Assembly: GCA_965228475.1 (NCBI GenBank)
Contig: OZ245817.1
Coordinates: forward strand, 4,640,001 to 4,704,000
Reading direction: 5' to 3'
From: Myxococcota bacterium
GTDB lineage: Bacteria > Myxococcota_A > UBA9160 > JAFDDA01
DNA: 64,000 bases
The notes under the pieces were generated by a model. The model worked only from the letters and a program-made list of their open reading frames with translations. It did no database searches and was not told where the DNA came from. The position numbers and the translations under genes were made by a program. Every line of letters starts with the position of its first letter. The stretch's first letter is position 1. This document shows positions 8,426 to 17,948 of the stretch, piece by piece.

Positions 8426-10657
8426 TCAGTCGTCGTTCACGATCGTCACCGTGGAGACCGGCTCCCAGAGGAAGCACTCCACCGGGTAGTTCCCGAACAG
8501 CGCGGTTCCGATGTACGTGCCCGAGAGACAGATCGGCCGACCGACGTGAACGATGGCCGTCTCGTTCGGCTCGGGGATCGGATCCCCGTTCAAGTAGAAG
8601 GTGAAGTTCTGGGTGACGTCGCCCGGGGCATAGGGAACGGCTCCGGAGCCTCCGGTGAAGTCGACCCCGGCGGTCGCCGAGCCCGAGCGGACCACGACGT
8701 CCCGGCTGGTCGCGGCGGGGGCGGCCCATGGCATCGTGAGCGGCACGTTCGCGACGGTCGAGACGAAGGTCCCCTCCCCGATCGAGAGGTTCGGTGCGCT
8801 CGGGTGCGCCCAGACGAACAGCGGCGTCGAGTAGGTCGGCTCACTCGCACCGACGAAGAGCCGGAGCGAGCGCAGCGAGACGGAGCTCAGGCCGTCGGGC
8901 AGGCCGCTGATCGAGGCGGACGTGCCGGCCGTCCAGATCGGCCCGGCGCCCGTGCTCGGGTTCACCTCGAGGACGTAGAAGAGCGGGCTTCCCCAGCCGG
9001 GCACGAGCGGCGGGTCCCAGCTCAGGTTCGCCGTGTTCGTCACCGGGTCGTAGTTGGTGACGATGTTCGTGGGCGCCGAGGGCGGGAAGGTCGGCGACGT
9101 CGGGAAGGAGACCTTGATCCGCGCGAGCACGCCGAAGAAGACCGGCTCGGCCTTGATCTTCACTCCTTCGGGCGTCACGTAGGTCGTGTTCCAGGGGAGC
9201 GCGGCGTCGCTCCAATCGCCGACGCTCGCGGGCTTGCCATCGAGCAGCTGCGGGTTCAGCTGGATCGACTCGGCGAAACCGCCGACGTCCACCTGGCCGC
9301 CCATCACCCGGATCTGGACGCCGTCGAGCAGGCCGTTCATGCCCGTGAGGTCCGCATCGGCCCCGAAGGCCACGCGGCGCTCGATGTAGTACGTGCCGGA
9401 GGCGAGCGGAATCTTGACGGCGCGCGGCCCGGCCCAGGGCCCCGAGTACGGGAGGATGACCGGCTGCTGGAACCCGCCCGTCGCCGTGACGAGGTCGCCG
9501 GGGAAGAACCAGTCCTTCCGGTCCCGCTGCGCCGGGCTGAAGAGCGTGAAGGTCTGGTTGCCCATCGTATCGGCCGGATCTTCGTACTCAGCGTTGGTGC
9601 AGGTTGCGGTGAGCGAGTAGGTGACGCCGCCACCCGCTTCGATGCACTCGAGCGCGTTCGCGTGAAAGAGCCCTTCGAGATGCCCGAGCTCGTGGGCCCA
9701 CACGGACGGTGCCATCAGGGGGGAGCCGATCAAGCTCGTGAGCAGGTTGATGTAGATGCGCCGTCCCGGAATGTCCTCGGCCAGGCCGAGGAACAGGCCG
9801 CCCCAGAAGCTCCCGAAGAGGTTCGGCTCGACGATCGCGATGCGGTCGTAGGAGGCGGGGTTGTAGCCGGCGAAGCTGGCGCGCTGCTCGGCGTTCATCT
9901 CGAAGCTGAACTCGCAGCGGTCGAGCCACGGGGTGGACACGGCGGTGAAGGTACGAACGCCCGCCGAAGCCTCGTCGAAGAAGGGCGTGACCTGGTTGTT
10001 CACGAGGGCTTCGAGGTCCGCCGGCGTGGGGGTCGCAGGAAGCGAGGCGGGGTCGGTGCTGCAGTAGCTCGGCAGGATCAACATCGAGAGCGGCGTGGTG
10101 GGCGGCGGCGGAGGCGGCCCGCCGAGCGCCGCAGCGATCGCCGCCTCGGCTTCCTCCGGCTCGATCGACTTTTCGGCAGCGGCGAGATCCTCGAGGATCG
10201 CGAGCTTCTCCTGGACCGCGGCTTCACGAGCCTTCGCGTCGCCGAGCCATTCCTGGACGCGCTGCGCTTCCGCGGCACGACGCGTGCGTTCGCGCTCGAG
10301 CTCTTCCTGGACCTCCTCGGAGACGGGCCCGACCGCGAGCACCTCGCGCAGGGTCAGGACGTTGGTGCGCTCGTCGAGGACACCGCGGAGGGCGACCGTC
10401 GCACCGTGCTCGACCGTCGCCAGCCCGCCGTCGAGATCGACCGCCACGTCGCCGTGCCGCTCGGTCCGGACCACGAGCAGGGTGTTCGGAAGCTCGGGCG
10501 CCTCGCCTCCCTTCGAGACGAGATGCATCAACCGGGCGGTGCCCTGGATCTCGGTCTCCACCCCCTCCGCTTCGCTCGCCGCGTGTTGCGACGGCACCGC
10601 CACACCGATCGACAGGGTGAACAGGACGAAGAGTCGGAATCCGAAGTGCGAGGTCAT
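8426..10657 (-). CDS. Secreted zinc metallopeptidase (M11 gametolysin-like) with FN3-like and Calx-beta-like C-terminal domains
   Basis: Signal peptide; HELGHLEGLFHAN zinc motif and EYEDPADTMG Met-turn; PSAPTN..LSWDPP (FN3); GSATAGVDFT..DPIPEPNET (Calx-beta). Start could be 10669. Confidence 0.75.
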   Translation of the reverse strand: MTSHFGFRLFVLFTLSIGVAVPSQHAASEAEGVETEIQGTARLMHLVSKGGEAPELPNTLLVVRTERHGDVAVDLDGGLATVEHGATVALRGVLDERTNVLTLREVLAVGPVSEEVQEELERERTRRAAEAQRVQEWLGDAKAREAAVQEKLAILEDLAAAEKSIEPEEAEAAIAAALGGPPPPPPTTPLSMLILPSYCSTDPASLPATPTPADLEALVNNQVTPFFDEASAGVRTFTAVSTPWLDRCEFSFEMNAEQRASFAGYNPASYDRIAIVEPNLFGSFWGGLFLGLAEDIPGRRIYINLLTSLIGSPLMAPSVWAHELGHLEGLFHANALECIEAGGGVTYSLTATCTNAEYEDPADTMGNQTFTLFSPAQRDRKDWFFPGDLVTATGGFQQPVILPYSGPWAGPRAVKIPLASGTYYIERRVAFGADADLTGMNGLLDGVQIRVMGGQVDVGGFAESIQLNPQLLDGKPASVGDWSDAALPWNTTYVTPEGVKIKAEPVFFGVLARIKVSFPTSPTFPPSAPTNIVTNYDPVTNTANLSWDPPLVPGWGSPLFYVLEVNPSTGAGPIWTAGTSASISGLPDGLSSVSLRSLRLFVGASEPTYSTPLFVWAHPSAPNLSIGEGTFVSTVANVPLTMPWAAPAATSRDVVVRSGSATAGVDFTGGSGAVPYAPGDVTQNFTFYLNGDPIPEPNETAIVHVGRPICLSGTYIGTALFGNYPVECFLWEPVSTVTIVNDD

Positions 10658-10783
10658 GCGCGCTCCCATGCATCGAGTCGCGCCCAATCTGCGGATCCGA
10701 ACGGGAAGGGTCAAACCAGTCCGATCGACGCAACGGCCCGTCGTTGCGTGAAAAATCGGGACACGTGACTCCGTTCGGCCCAA

Positions 10784-10815
10784 TGAACACCGGCGGCACC
10801 AACCTCGTCTAGAAT
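10784..10815 (+). promoter_or_regulatory. Promoter of the M48/DUF748 operon: TGAACA-N17-GTCT (ECF-like) overlapping a TAGAAT -10
   Basis: TGAACA 10784-10789, GTCT 10807-10810, TAGAAT 10810-10815; same motif at 14219. Confidence 0.45.
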
Positions 10816-10845
10816 GGGAGTTCCGAACCGTCGTGAGGAGGCCCC

Positions 10846-11640
10846 GTGGTCCGCAGAATCCTGACCGTTTCCGTCCTGTCGTCGCTCTTCCTTCTGGCGT
10901 GCAGCACGTCGCCGACGGGGCGCCAGCGCCTCGTGATCTTCTCCGACGCCCAGATGAACCAGCTCGGCGCGACCGCATTCACCGAGCTGAAGAAGGGGAC
11001 GCCGATCTCGCGCAACGGTCCGGTGCGCGGCTACATCCGCTGCGTCGCGAGCAAGGTCGTGGCCGAGGCGAACTACCCCGGCGCGCCCAAGAGCTGGGAG
11101 GTCGAGATCTTCGAGGACGCGAGCGCCAACGCCTTCGCCCTGCCGGGCGGCAAGATCGGCGTGCACACCGGCCTCTTGAAGGTGGCGGTGAACCAGGACC
11201 AGCTCGCCACGGTGATCGGGCACGAGGTGGCGCACGTCCTGGCCGGCCACTCGAACGAGCGCGCTTCGACCCAGCTCGCGACGCAGGGGGCTCTCGAGGT
11301 GCTCGGCGCACTCTCGGGCCCGGCGTCCCCGGCCAAGAGCCGCACCCTGGCCGTGCTCGGCGCGGGTGCCCAGGTCGGCGTGTTGCTGCCCTTCAGCCGC
11401 GCCCAGGAGAGCGAGTCCGACATCCTCGGTCTCGACATCATGGCGCGCGCCGGCTTCGACCCTCGCGAGGGCCCGAAGCTCTGGCAGAACATGGCGAAGC
11501 AGGGAGGACAGCCGCCGGAGATCCTCTCCACGCACCCGTCCAGCTCGACGCGCATCGCGAACCTGCGCGAACGCGTGAAGGTCGCTCTCCCTCTCTATGA
11601 AAAGGCGCGTGCCAGCGGGAAGCGGCCGATCTGCTCCTAG
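10846..11640 (+). CDS. M48 family metallopeptidase lipoprotein (LoiP/YfgC-like)
   Basis: Lipobox LLAC; NAFALPGGKI, GHEVAH, FSRAQESESD, LSTHP; GAGGAGG RBS. Confidence 0.9.
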   Translation: MVRRILTVSVLSSLFLLACSTSPTGRQRLVIFSDAQMNQLGATAFTELKKGTPISRNGPVRGYIRCVASKVVAEANYPGAPKSWEVEIFEDASANAFALPGGKIGVHTGLLKVAVNQDQLATVIGHEVAHVLAGHSNERASTQLATQGALEVLGALSGPASPAKSRTLAVLGAGAQVGVLLPFSRAQESESDILGLDIMARAGFDPREGPKLWQNMAKQGGQPPEILSTHPSSSTRIANLRERVKVALPLYEKARASGKRPICS

Positions 11641-11657
11641 ACCCATCCAGACCCCCC

Positions 11658-14198
11658 ATGACCACACGCCACCGGAACATCGCCATCGGGGTGCTCGCGG
11701 CCCTGCTCCTCGCGCGCGTCGCGCTCCCGTACGCCCTCGAGTGGGCCATCGAATCCTTCGGGACGGACGCCGTCGGTGCGCCCGTCGCCGTCGAAGACGT
11801 CGACCTCTCGGTCCTGGCCGGAGGCGTCGCACTCGAGGGCCTCACCGTGGACGGCGTCGACGAGAGCCGCCTGCTCTCCCTCGACCGGCTCCACGCCAAC
11901 CTGCAGTGGACGTCGCTGTTCCGGGGCGAGGTCCACCTCGCGGAGCTCCGGCTCGACGCGCCGGCCATCGCCTTCGACGTCGACGAATACGGCGCTCCGC
12001 GCCTGCCAGAGCCCGTGACCGAGGAGGCGGGCGATCCGGTGGCCGAGCCCGTCGAGGCGCCGTCTGTGGAGAACGCATCCGAAGAACCGGCCCCCGGGGC
12101 CGGCGCGGAAGAGCCGGCCCCCGCCGAGGACGAAGGGGCGGAAGATCCGGGCTGGCCCGTGTTGATCGACCAGCTCGTCGTCACCGGAGCCGACCTGCGC
12201 GTGACGGACCCGTCCCTCGAAGGTACGGACCCGGCCGTCGACTTCGGATTCGGCGCCTTCGAGCTGGCCGCGATCCGCATGGAGGGCGGTCGATTCGGGC
12301 TCGGCGGCGTCGGCCTGAGCGAGCCGCGCCTCGAGATCCGCCGCGACTTCGTCACCGCCGAACGCCCCACGCCTCCGGCGGAAGAGGACGACGCGCCCGG
12401 CGAAGCCCAGGCGCACCGCGTCGAGCGCCTCGGCATCGATCGCGCCGAGTTCACGCTGCTGACCGACGGCGGGCCGCTCGAAGTGGCCCTCGCCTTCGAG
12501 GCCACGGAGCTCTCGACCGCCGCCGGCGCGACCTTCCCGCTGCGGATCGACCTCGAGATCGAAGGCGGAACCCTCGGCATCGAGGGCACCGTCGGCGTCG
12601 AGCCGCCCACCTTCGCCGGCGCCCTGCGCTGGGCCAGCCTGCCCGTCCCGAAGCTCGCACTCGCCGCGGACCCGAGGCTCTCGGGCTGGCTGCGCAGCGC
12701 GAGCGCGTCGGGGAACCTCGATCTCGAGTTCGGCCCGGCCACGAACGACGCGCTGATCGTCTCCGGGACGACCCAGCTCGACGGCTTCGACTTCGCCTCC
12801 CCCGACGGCGAGGAGGTCACCCTCACCTGGGAGTCGCTCGCCGTCGAGCTCGCCAGGAGCACACTCCCGACCGCGGGCGGCGCTCCCGAGATCGACGTCG
12901 CGTCCGTGACCTGGAAGGCCCCGAAGGGGCGCTACACGGTTCCCGCCCCGGCGCTCGAGGCGCTTCTCGCCGGGGAGGAATCGGCGGCCGAACCCAGCGA
13001 GGAGGCGGACGTCGCGAGCTCCCCTCCTTCCGACCCTGCGCGCGTGCGCATCCGCGACGTCTCGGTCACCGGCGGCAACGTGCGCTTCGTCGACCGGAGC
13101 GTCTCGCCTGCCTTCGACGGCCGCTTCACGCGGCTGGCGGTGTCGGCGCGCGACGTCCGCATCCCGGAGAACCGCTCGCAGAAGGTCCGTATCACCGGCC
13201 GCGGGCCGGGGGGCGCCGCCTTCTCCCTCGATGGCACCCCGGCGCCCGGCGGGCGCGTCCTGTTCGAGCTCGAACGGCTCGGGCTCGCCCAGTTCGATCC
13301 GTACGCGACGGGCGCGATCGGCTACCGCACGCAGGGGGAAGCGACGATCAAGACGGAGATCGAGCTCGGCAAGGAGCGCGTCGACGTCGGCAACAAGCTC
13401 GTCCTCCACGGCATCGGGCTCGACTCGACCGGCGAAGCGATCCTCGACGAGATCATCGGCATGCCCGTCGACCTCGCCCTTGCCCTGCTGCGCGATCTCC
13501 AGGGCGACATCAAGCTCGGCGTCCCGGTCGCCGTCGAACGCGGCAACGTCTCGGTCTCGGTCGGGACGATCGTCCGCGACGCCCTGCGCGCGGCGATCGC
13601 CGGCGCGGTGATGGCGCCGCTCAAGATCGCGAACACGGCGGCGTCGCCCTTGAAGGCGCTGGGCGGAATGCTCGCCAAGGGCAACTCGAACGGCCTCTCC
13701 ATCCCCGCACTCGAATCCGTCCCGGGCGGAACCGCCCTCCTCGATGGCCAGGAAGAACGCATCGATTCGATGGTCGGATTCCTGGAGATGCGCCCCCAGC
13801 TCGCGTTGGTGCTGCACGGACGCAGCGACGAGAGCGACCGCGACGGCCTCGCCCGCCGCATGCTGATCGAAGCCGTCGAGAAGGGCGACGACCTCCCCGA
13901 GATCGATGGCGCCGGGTTCTTCGAGCGCCGACGCGTGCGCGGCGCCCTCGCCAAGATGGGCAAGGGCGAGACGCCGGAACTCGGAGAAAAGGAAGCCGAA
14001 CTCCTCGCCGCCTACGAAGCCGCCACCTTCGTGACACCGGACCGCTACGACGCCCTGGCCCGCGAGCGCGCCGAGGCCCTGAAGCGCGAGCTCGTCGAAG
14101 CCCACCAGGTCGACGCGGCCCGCCTCACGGTGGCTGCGGAGCCGGAACGTGCAGAGCCGGGCGTAAGGGCCGCTCTCGGCGTTCTCTCCGGCGTCTGA
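11658..14198 (+). CDS. DUF748/AsmA-like envelope protein with C-terminal OmpA-like region
   Basis: N-terminal TM anchor, repeated beta-rich segments, MPVDLALALLRDLQGDIKLGVPV and ALARERAEALKRELV. Confidence 0.7.
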   Translation: MTTRHRNIAIGVLAALLLARVALPYALEWAIESFGTDAVGAPVAVEDVDLSVLAGGVALEGLTVDGVDESRLLSLDRLHANLQWTSLFRGEVHLAELRLDAPAIAFDVDEYGAPRLPEPVTEEAGDPVAEPVEAPSVENASEEPAPGAGAEEPAPAEDEGAEDPGWPVLIDQLVVTGADLRVTDPSLEGTDPAVDFGFGAFELAAIRMEGGRFGLGGVGLSEPRLEIRRDFVTAERPTPPAEEDDAPGEAQAHRVERLGIDRAEFTLLTDGGPLEVALAFEATELSTAAGATFPLRIDLEIEGGTLGIEGTVGVEPPTFAGALRWASLPVPKLALAADPRLSGWLRSASASGNLDLEFGPATNDALIVSGTTQLDGFDFASPDGEEVTLTWESLAVELARSTLPTAGGAPEIDVASVTWKAPKGRYTVPAPALEALLAGEESAAEPSEEADVASSPPSDPARVRIRDVSVTGGNVRFVDRSVSPAFDGRFTRLAVSARDVRIPENRSQKVRITGRGPGGAAFSLDGTPAPGGRVLFELERLGLAQFDPYATGAIGYRTQGEATIKTEIELGKERVDVGNKLVLHGIGLDSTGEAILDEIIGMPVDLALALLRDLQGDIKLGVPVAVERGNVSVSVGTIVRDALRAAIAGAVMAPLKIANTAASPLKALGGMLAKGNSNGLSIPALESVPGGTALLDGQEERIDSMVGFLEMRPQLALVLHGRSDESDRDGLARRMLIEAVEKGDDLPEIDGAGFFERRRVRGALAKMGKGETPELGEKEAELLAAYEAATFVTPDRYDALARERAEALKRELVEAHQVDAARLTVAAEPERAEPGVRAALGVLSGV

Positions 14199-14218
14199 GC
14201 CACTCGCCCATTTCGACC

Positions 14219-14247
14219 TGAACAAAGCGACCCCTCCTGGTGTCTGA
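14219..14247 (+). promoter_or_regulatory. Putative ECF (sigmaE-like) promoter TGAACA-N17-GTCTGA
   Basis: TGAACA 14219-14224, GTCTGA 14242-14247, just upstream of GGGAGG RBS and ATG 14267. Confidence 0.5.
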
Positions 14248-14266
14248 GAGAACCGGGAGGCGCCAC

Positions 14267-15220
14267 ATGCCCTTGCGCCCGAAATCACCTCCGACGAGCG
14301 TGGAGCCTGGCTCGCTGCGGCCGGAACGCACGCCGCGCGACCCGCGGCTCTTCCAGATCGCCATGCTCGCGAGCCTGCTCGGCTACGGGATCGTCGCGCT
14401 CGGGTTCCCGGTCGACCTCCGAGAGATCGGCGTCCTGCTCTTCGCCGGCGTCGGCGCCCAGCTGCTTTGCACGACGCTCGAAGGCCGGACCCGCTTCGAT
14501 CCGCGCAGCGCGATCATCACCTCGCTCTCCCTCGCCCTGCTCCTGCGGGCGAGCGAACTCTGGATCCTCGCGGCGGCCGCGGCCTTCGCCATGGCGAGCA
14601 AGTTCGTGCTTCGTGCGCGCGGGAAGCACCTCTTCAACCCGTCCGCGCTCGCGCTGGCCGTCGCCATCGCGCTCACCGGCGAGGCCTGGCTCTCGCCGGG
14701 GCAATGGGGCAGCGCGGCCTGGTTCGCCTTCGCGATCGCCGGGCTCGGCGGTCTCGTGGTCTTCCGGGCGGAGCGCAGCGACGTCACCTGGGCCTTCGCC
14801 GCGTTCTGGTGCGCGCTCCTGTTCGGCCGCGCGCTCTACATCGGCGAGCCCGCCTCGCTTCCGCTGCACCGGCTCCAGGACGGGGCGCTGCTGCTCTTCA
14901 CCTTCTTCATGATCTCGGACCCGAAGACGACCCCCGACTCGCGCGCGGGGCGCATCGTCTTCGCGGGCTGCGTCGCCGCCCTCGCCTTCACCCTGAAGTT
15001 CGGCCTGCACGTGCATGCCGGCCTCGTCCATGCGCTCGTCGCGTGCGCACCGCTCGTCCCCTGGATCGACCGCTGGCTTCCGGGCCCGCGCTACGCCTGG
15101 CCGGGGCACCCGGCCGAGCCCACCCTGCAAGGAGTCTCCGATGAGAAAACATCCCCTTCGCCTGGTCCCGTCGCTGGCCAAGATGGCCCTGTGTCTCGCC
15201 CTGGTTGGGCTCGCATCTAG
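14267..15220 (+). CDS. RnfD/NqrB-like integral membrane protein (stand-alone, short form)
   Basis: Multiple TM helices; KHLFNPSA and LFTFFMISDPKTTP motifs of the NqrB/RnfD family; RBS supports ATG 14267. Confidence 0.75.
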   Translation: MPLRPKSPPTSVEPGSLRPERTPRDPRLFQIAMLASLLGYGIVALGFPVDLREIGVLLFAGVGAQLLCTTLEGRTRFDPRSAIITSLSLALLLRASELWILAAAAAFAMASKFVLRARGKHLFNPSALALAVAIALTGEAWLSPGQWGSAAWFAFAIAGLGGLVVFRAERSDVTWAFAAFWCALLFGRALYIGEPASLPLHRLQDGALLLFTFFMISDPKTTPDSRAGRIVFAGCVAALAFTLKFGLHVHAGLVHALVACAPLVPWIDRWLPGPRYAWPGHPAEPTLQGVSDEKTSPSPGPVAGQDGPVSRPGWARI

Positions 15221-16514
15221 CGCCAGCGCCTTCTGCGGCTTCTACGCGGCCCGCGCGGGCGCGGATCTGTTCAACGAGACGTCGAAGGTCGTGGTCGTCC
15301 GCGACGGCGACCGCACCGTCGTCACCATGGCGAGCGACTTCAAGGGCGAGGCCCGGGATTTTGCGCTCGTCATCCCGGTACCGAGCGTCCTCCAGGAAGG
15401 ACAGATCCACGTGGCCGATGCCAAGATCGTCGACCACCTCGATGCCTACACCTCGCCGCGGCTCGTCGAGTACTACGACGAAGACCCGTGCATGATGCAC
15501 CGCCGGTTCGACGCGCTCCAGAGCGCGCCGATGGCCGAATCAGCCGGCGAGGCCGACTTCCGCCGCCGCAAGAACAGCTTCGGCGTGACGGTGGAGGCCG
15601 AGTACACCGTCGGCGAGTACGACATCGTGATCCTCTCGGCGGAAGAGAGCCGCGGGCTCGAGCGCTGGCTCCACGCGAACGACTACCGCATCCCCGAAGG
15701 CGCCGCGCCCGTACTCGGCGAGTACCTGAAGCAGGACATGCGCTTCTTCGTGGCGCGCGTGAATCTCGAAGAGCAGGCCAAGCTCGGCTACCGAACCCTG
15801 CGCCCGATCCAGGTCGCCTACGAGACCCACAAGTTCATGCTCCCCATCCGGCTCGGGATGGTGAACGCGAAGGGCCCCCAGGACATGGTCGTGTGGTTCC
15901 TGACGCGCAAGGGCCGCGTCGAGACCGCGAACTACCGGACCGTGAAGCTTCCCACCGGCAGCGAGATCCCGACCTTCGTGAAGGGCGAGTTCGGCCGCTT
16001 CTACAAGGCGCTCTTCGAAACACAGGTGGCCCGCGAGAACGACCGCGCCGTCTTCCTCGAATACGCCTGGGACATGGGCTGGTGCGACCCGTGCGCCGCC
16101 GATCCGCTCTCCGCCGAAGAGCTGCGCGAGCTCGGCGTCTTCTGGCAGACGGTGAAGGGAGACTTCGCGCGGCGCGGCCCGAAGGCCCTGGCCCGGGACG
16201 TCTTCGTGACGCGCCTGCACGTCCGCTACGACGACGAGCACTTCCCGGACGACCTCCACTTCGTCCAGACGGCGAACCGTGAGAACTTCCAGGGCCGCTA
16301 CGTCCTGCGGCATGCGTGGAACGGGGAGTCGCGCTGCGAGGCCGCCGAGCGCTACCGCGCCGAGCTCCCGAAGCGCAAGGAGCGCGAAGCCCAGACCCTC
16401 GCCTCGCTCACCGGCTGGGGCATCGATTGGATTCGCGACCGGATGCAGATCGCCGCGGTCGGCACGCCGGACCTGCCCACGCCCGAGCCCTGGTGGAAGC
16501 GCATCTGGCCCTAG
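15141..16514 (+). CDS. Secreted DUF2330-like protein
   Basis: AAGGAG RBS before ATG 15141; signal peptide ending ASA-FCGFY; DFALVIPVP, VGEYDIVILSA, MLPIRLG, WDMGWCDPCAADP, FVTRLH. Confidence 0.75.
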   Translation: MRKHPLRLVPSLAKMALCLALVGLASSASAFCGFYAARAGADLFNETSKVVVVRDGDRTVVTMASDFKGEARDFALVIPVPSVLQEGQIHVADAKIVDHLDAYTSPRLVEYYDEDPCMMHRRFDALQSAPMAESAGEADFRRRKNSFGVTVEAEYTVGEYDIVILSAEESRGLERWLHANDYRIPEGAAPVLGEYLKQDMRFFVARVNLEEQAKLGYRTLRPIQVAYETHKFMLPIRLGMVNAKGPQDMVVWFLTRKGRVETANYRTVKLPTGSEIPTFVKGEFGRFYKALFETQVARENDRAVFLEYAWDMGWCDPCAADPLSAEELRELGVFWQTVKGDFARRGPKALARDVFVTRLHVRYDDEHFPDDLHFVQTANRENFQGRYVLRHAWNGESRCEAAERYRAELPKRKEREAQTLASLTGWGIDWIRDRMQIAAVGTPDLPTPEPWWKRIWP

Positions 16515-16577
16515 GCCAGAGCGCCCGGCCCGAGAAAAAGCCGGGGACGGTCCTGCGCTCGCAACGGTATGGGGGTG

Positions 16578-17798
16578 CTAGTGCGAGTGCGCGGGGCCGT
16601 CCCCCACGCCTCGGGCCGGCAGCCGCGAGGCGCCCACGACCAGGGGAGCGAGGAGCGCGGCCGCGAACCAGAACGGCGCGCCGGAGTTCATGTCGTAGAG
16701 AATCCCCGCCGCGACCGGTCCGAACACCCGGCCGAGCGACGCGAAGGACTGGAAGGTTCCGAGCACGGAGCCGCGATGTTCGGCCAGCGCCTCGATCGAG
16801 ACGAGGCTCATCAGGGAAGGCTGGATCACGGCGCGCCCCACGGCGGCGAAGGCGAGCGGGACCAGCAGGATCCCGACCGCCCCGGCGAAGGGCACGATCG
16901 CCATGGAAACCGCCAGGACCACGGCGCCCCAGCGGGCAAGGGCGCGCTCCTCGTAGCGGGCCGAGAGCGCCTTCATTCCGCCGCCCTGCACCCCGCCCAT
17001 CAAGACTGCCATCAGGAAGAGGATGCCAGCCACACCCAACAGGTCGTATCCGAAACGGTCGGCCATGAAGAACGCGAAGACGGTCTCGAGTTGAACGACG
17101 GCGAGGCTGAGCGCCAGATTCAGCAGACACAGGAAGCGCACGGAGGGCGTCTTCAGCGCCGCGAACCGGCCGACCCGTTCCGGCCTCGTCGACGCCCGCG
17201 GAGGCTCTTTCAGGGCGAACGCCGCATGGACGAAGTTCAAGGCCGCCAGCGCGCCGGCGGCCACCATCGGCGCGCCATAGCCCCAGTGCCCGAGTAGACC
17301 ACCGAGCACCGGGCCGAGCGTGAAGCCCACCGCAAAGCATGCGCCGAGCATCCCCATGTAGCGCGTTCGCTCGGACTCCTCGGTGACGTCGGTGATGTAG
17401 GCGGAGGCCACGCTGAAGTTCGCGGCGAAGACGCCGGCGAGCGTGCGCGAGAGGAACACAGCCGTGAGCGACCCCGCGAAGCCCAGCCAGAAGAGCGAAG
17501 CCGAGGTCCCCGCGATGGTCATGAGGAGTACGGGGCGGCGGCCGAAGCGATCCGAGAGGCGCCCCCAGATCGGAGCGAAGACGAACTGCGCCGCCGCGTA
17601 GGACGCGAGGATGGCGCCGAGCTCGAGGCCCTCGGCCCCGAACTCCCGCGCCAGGAACGGCAGCACGGGGATCGCGATCCCGAAGCCGATGAGGTCCAGG
17701 ATCACCACGCTGTAGAGGAGCGGAAGGGCGCGCCGCGCGGGATGCGGCTCGGGATTTTCGGGCGAAGGCTCGGGGCTTTCGGGCGGGTCCTGGGTCAC
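16578..17798 (-). CDS. MFS transporter (TetA/DHA1-like)
   Basis: LDLIGFGIAIPVLP, GRLSDRFGRRPVL (motif A), AYITDVT, GPVLGG; about 12 TM segments. GTG start inferred. Confidence 0.85.
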   Translation of the reverse strand: MTQDPPESPEPSPENPEPHPARRALPLLYSVVILDLIGFGIAIPVLPFLAREFGAEGLELGAILASYAAAQFVFAPIWGRLSDRFGRRPVLLMTIAGTSASLFWLGFAGSLTAVFLSRTLAGVFAANFSVASAYITDVTEESERTRYMGMLGACFAVGFTLGPVLGGLLGHWGYGAPMVAAGALAALNFVHAAFALKEPPRASTRPERVGRFAALKTPSVRFLCLLNLALSLAVVQLETVFAFFMADRFGYDLLGVAGILFLMAVLMGGVQGGGMKALSARYEERALARWGAVVLAVSMAIVPFAGAVGILLVPLAFAAVGRAVIQPSLMSLVSIEALAEHRGSVLGTFQSFASLGRVFGPVAAGILYDMNSGAPFWFAAALLAPLVVGASRLPARGVGDGPAHSH

Positions 17799-17860
17799 GG
17801 CGGGCCTTGGCAGCGTGCGGGGTGCGGTTCGAGCCGCGGAGCATAACCCGCCCCATCCCC

Positions 17861-17894
17861 AAAACGAATCGGGGCGGCCCGAAGACCGCCCCGA
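17861..17894 (-). terminator. Intrinsic terminator after the small secreted protein
   Basis: Minus strand TCGGGGCGGTC-TTCG-GGCCGCCCCGA followed by TTCGTTTT. Confidence 0.7.
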
Positions 17895-17948
17895 CCGTGG
17901 CAACGAGAGCTGCCGGGTGCCCGCGAGGGGAACCCTGGAATGCGCGAG

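Noticed and set aside
10670..10730. Promoter of the protease cassette matching the GGAACC motif upstream of the second ECF
   Set aside because: GGATCC...GACTC has different spacing from GGAACC...AACTC, so no regulatory link is supported.
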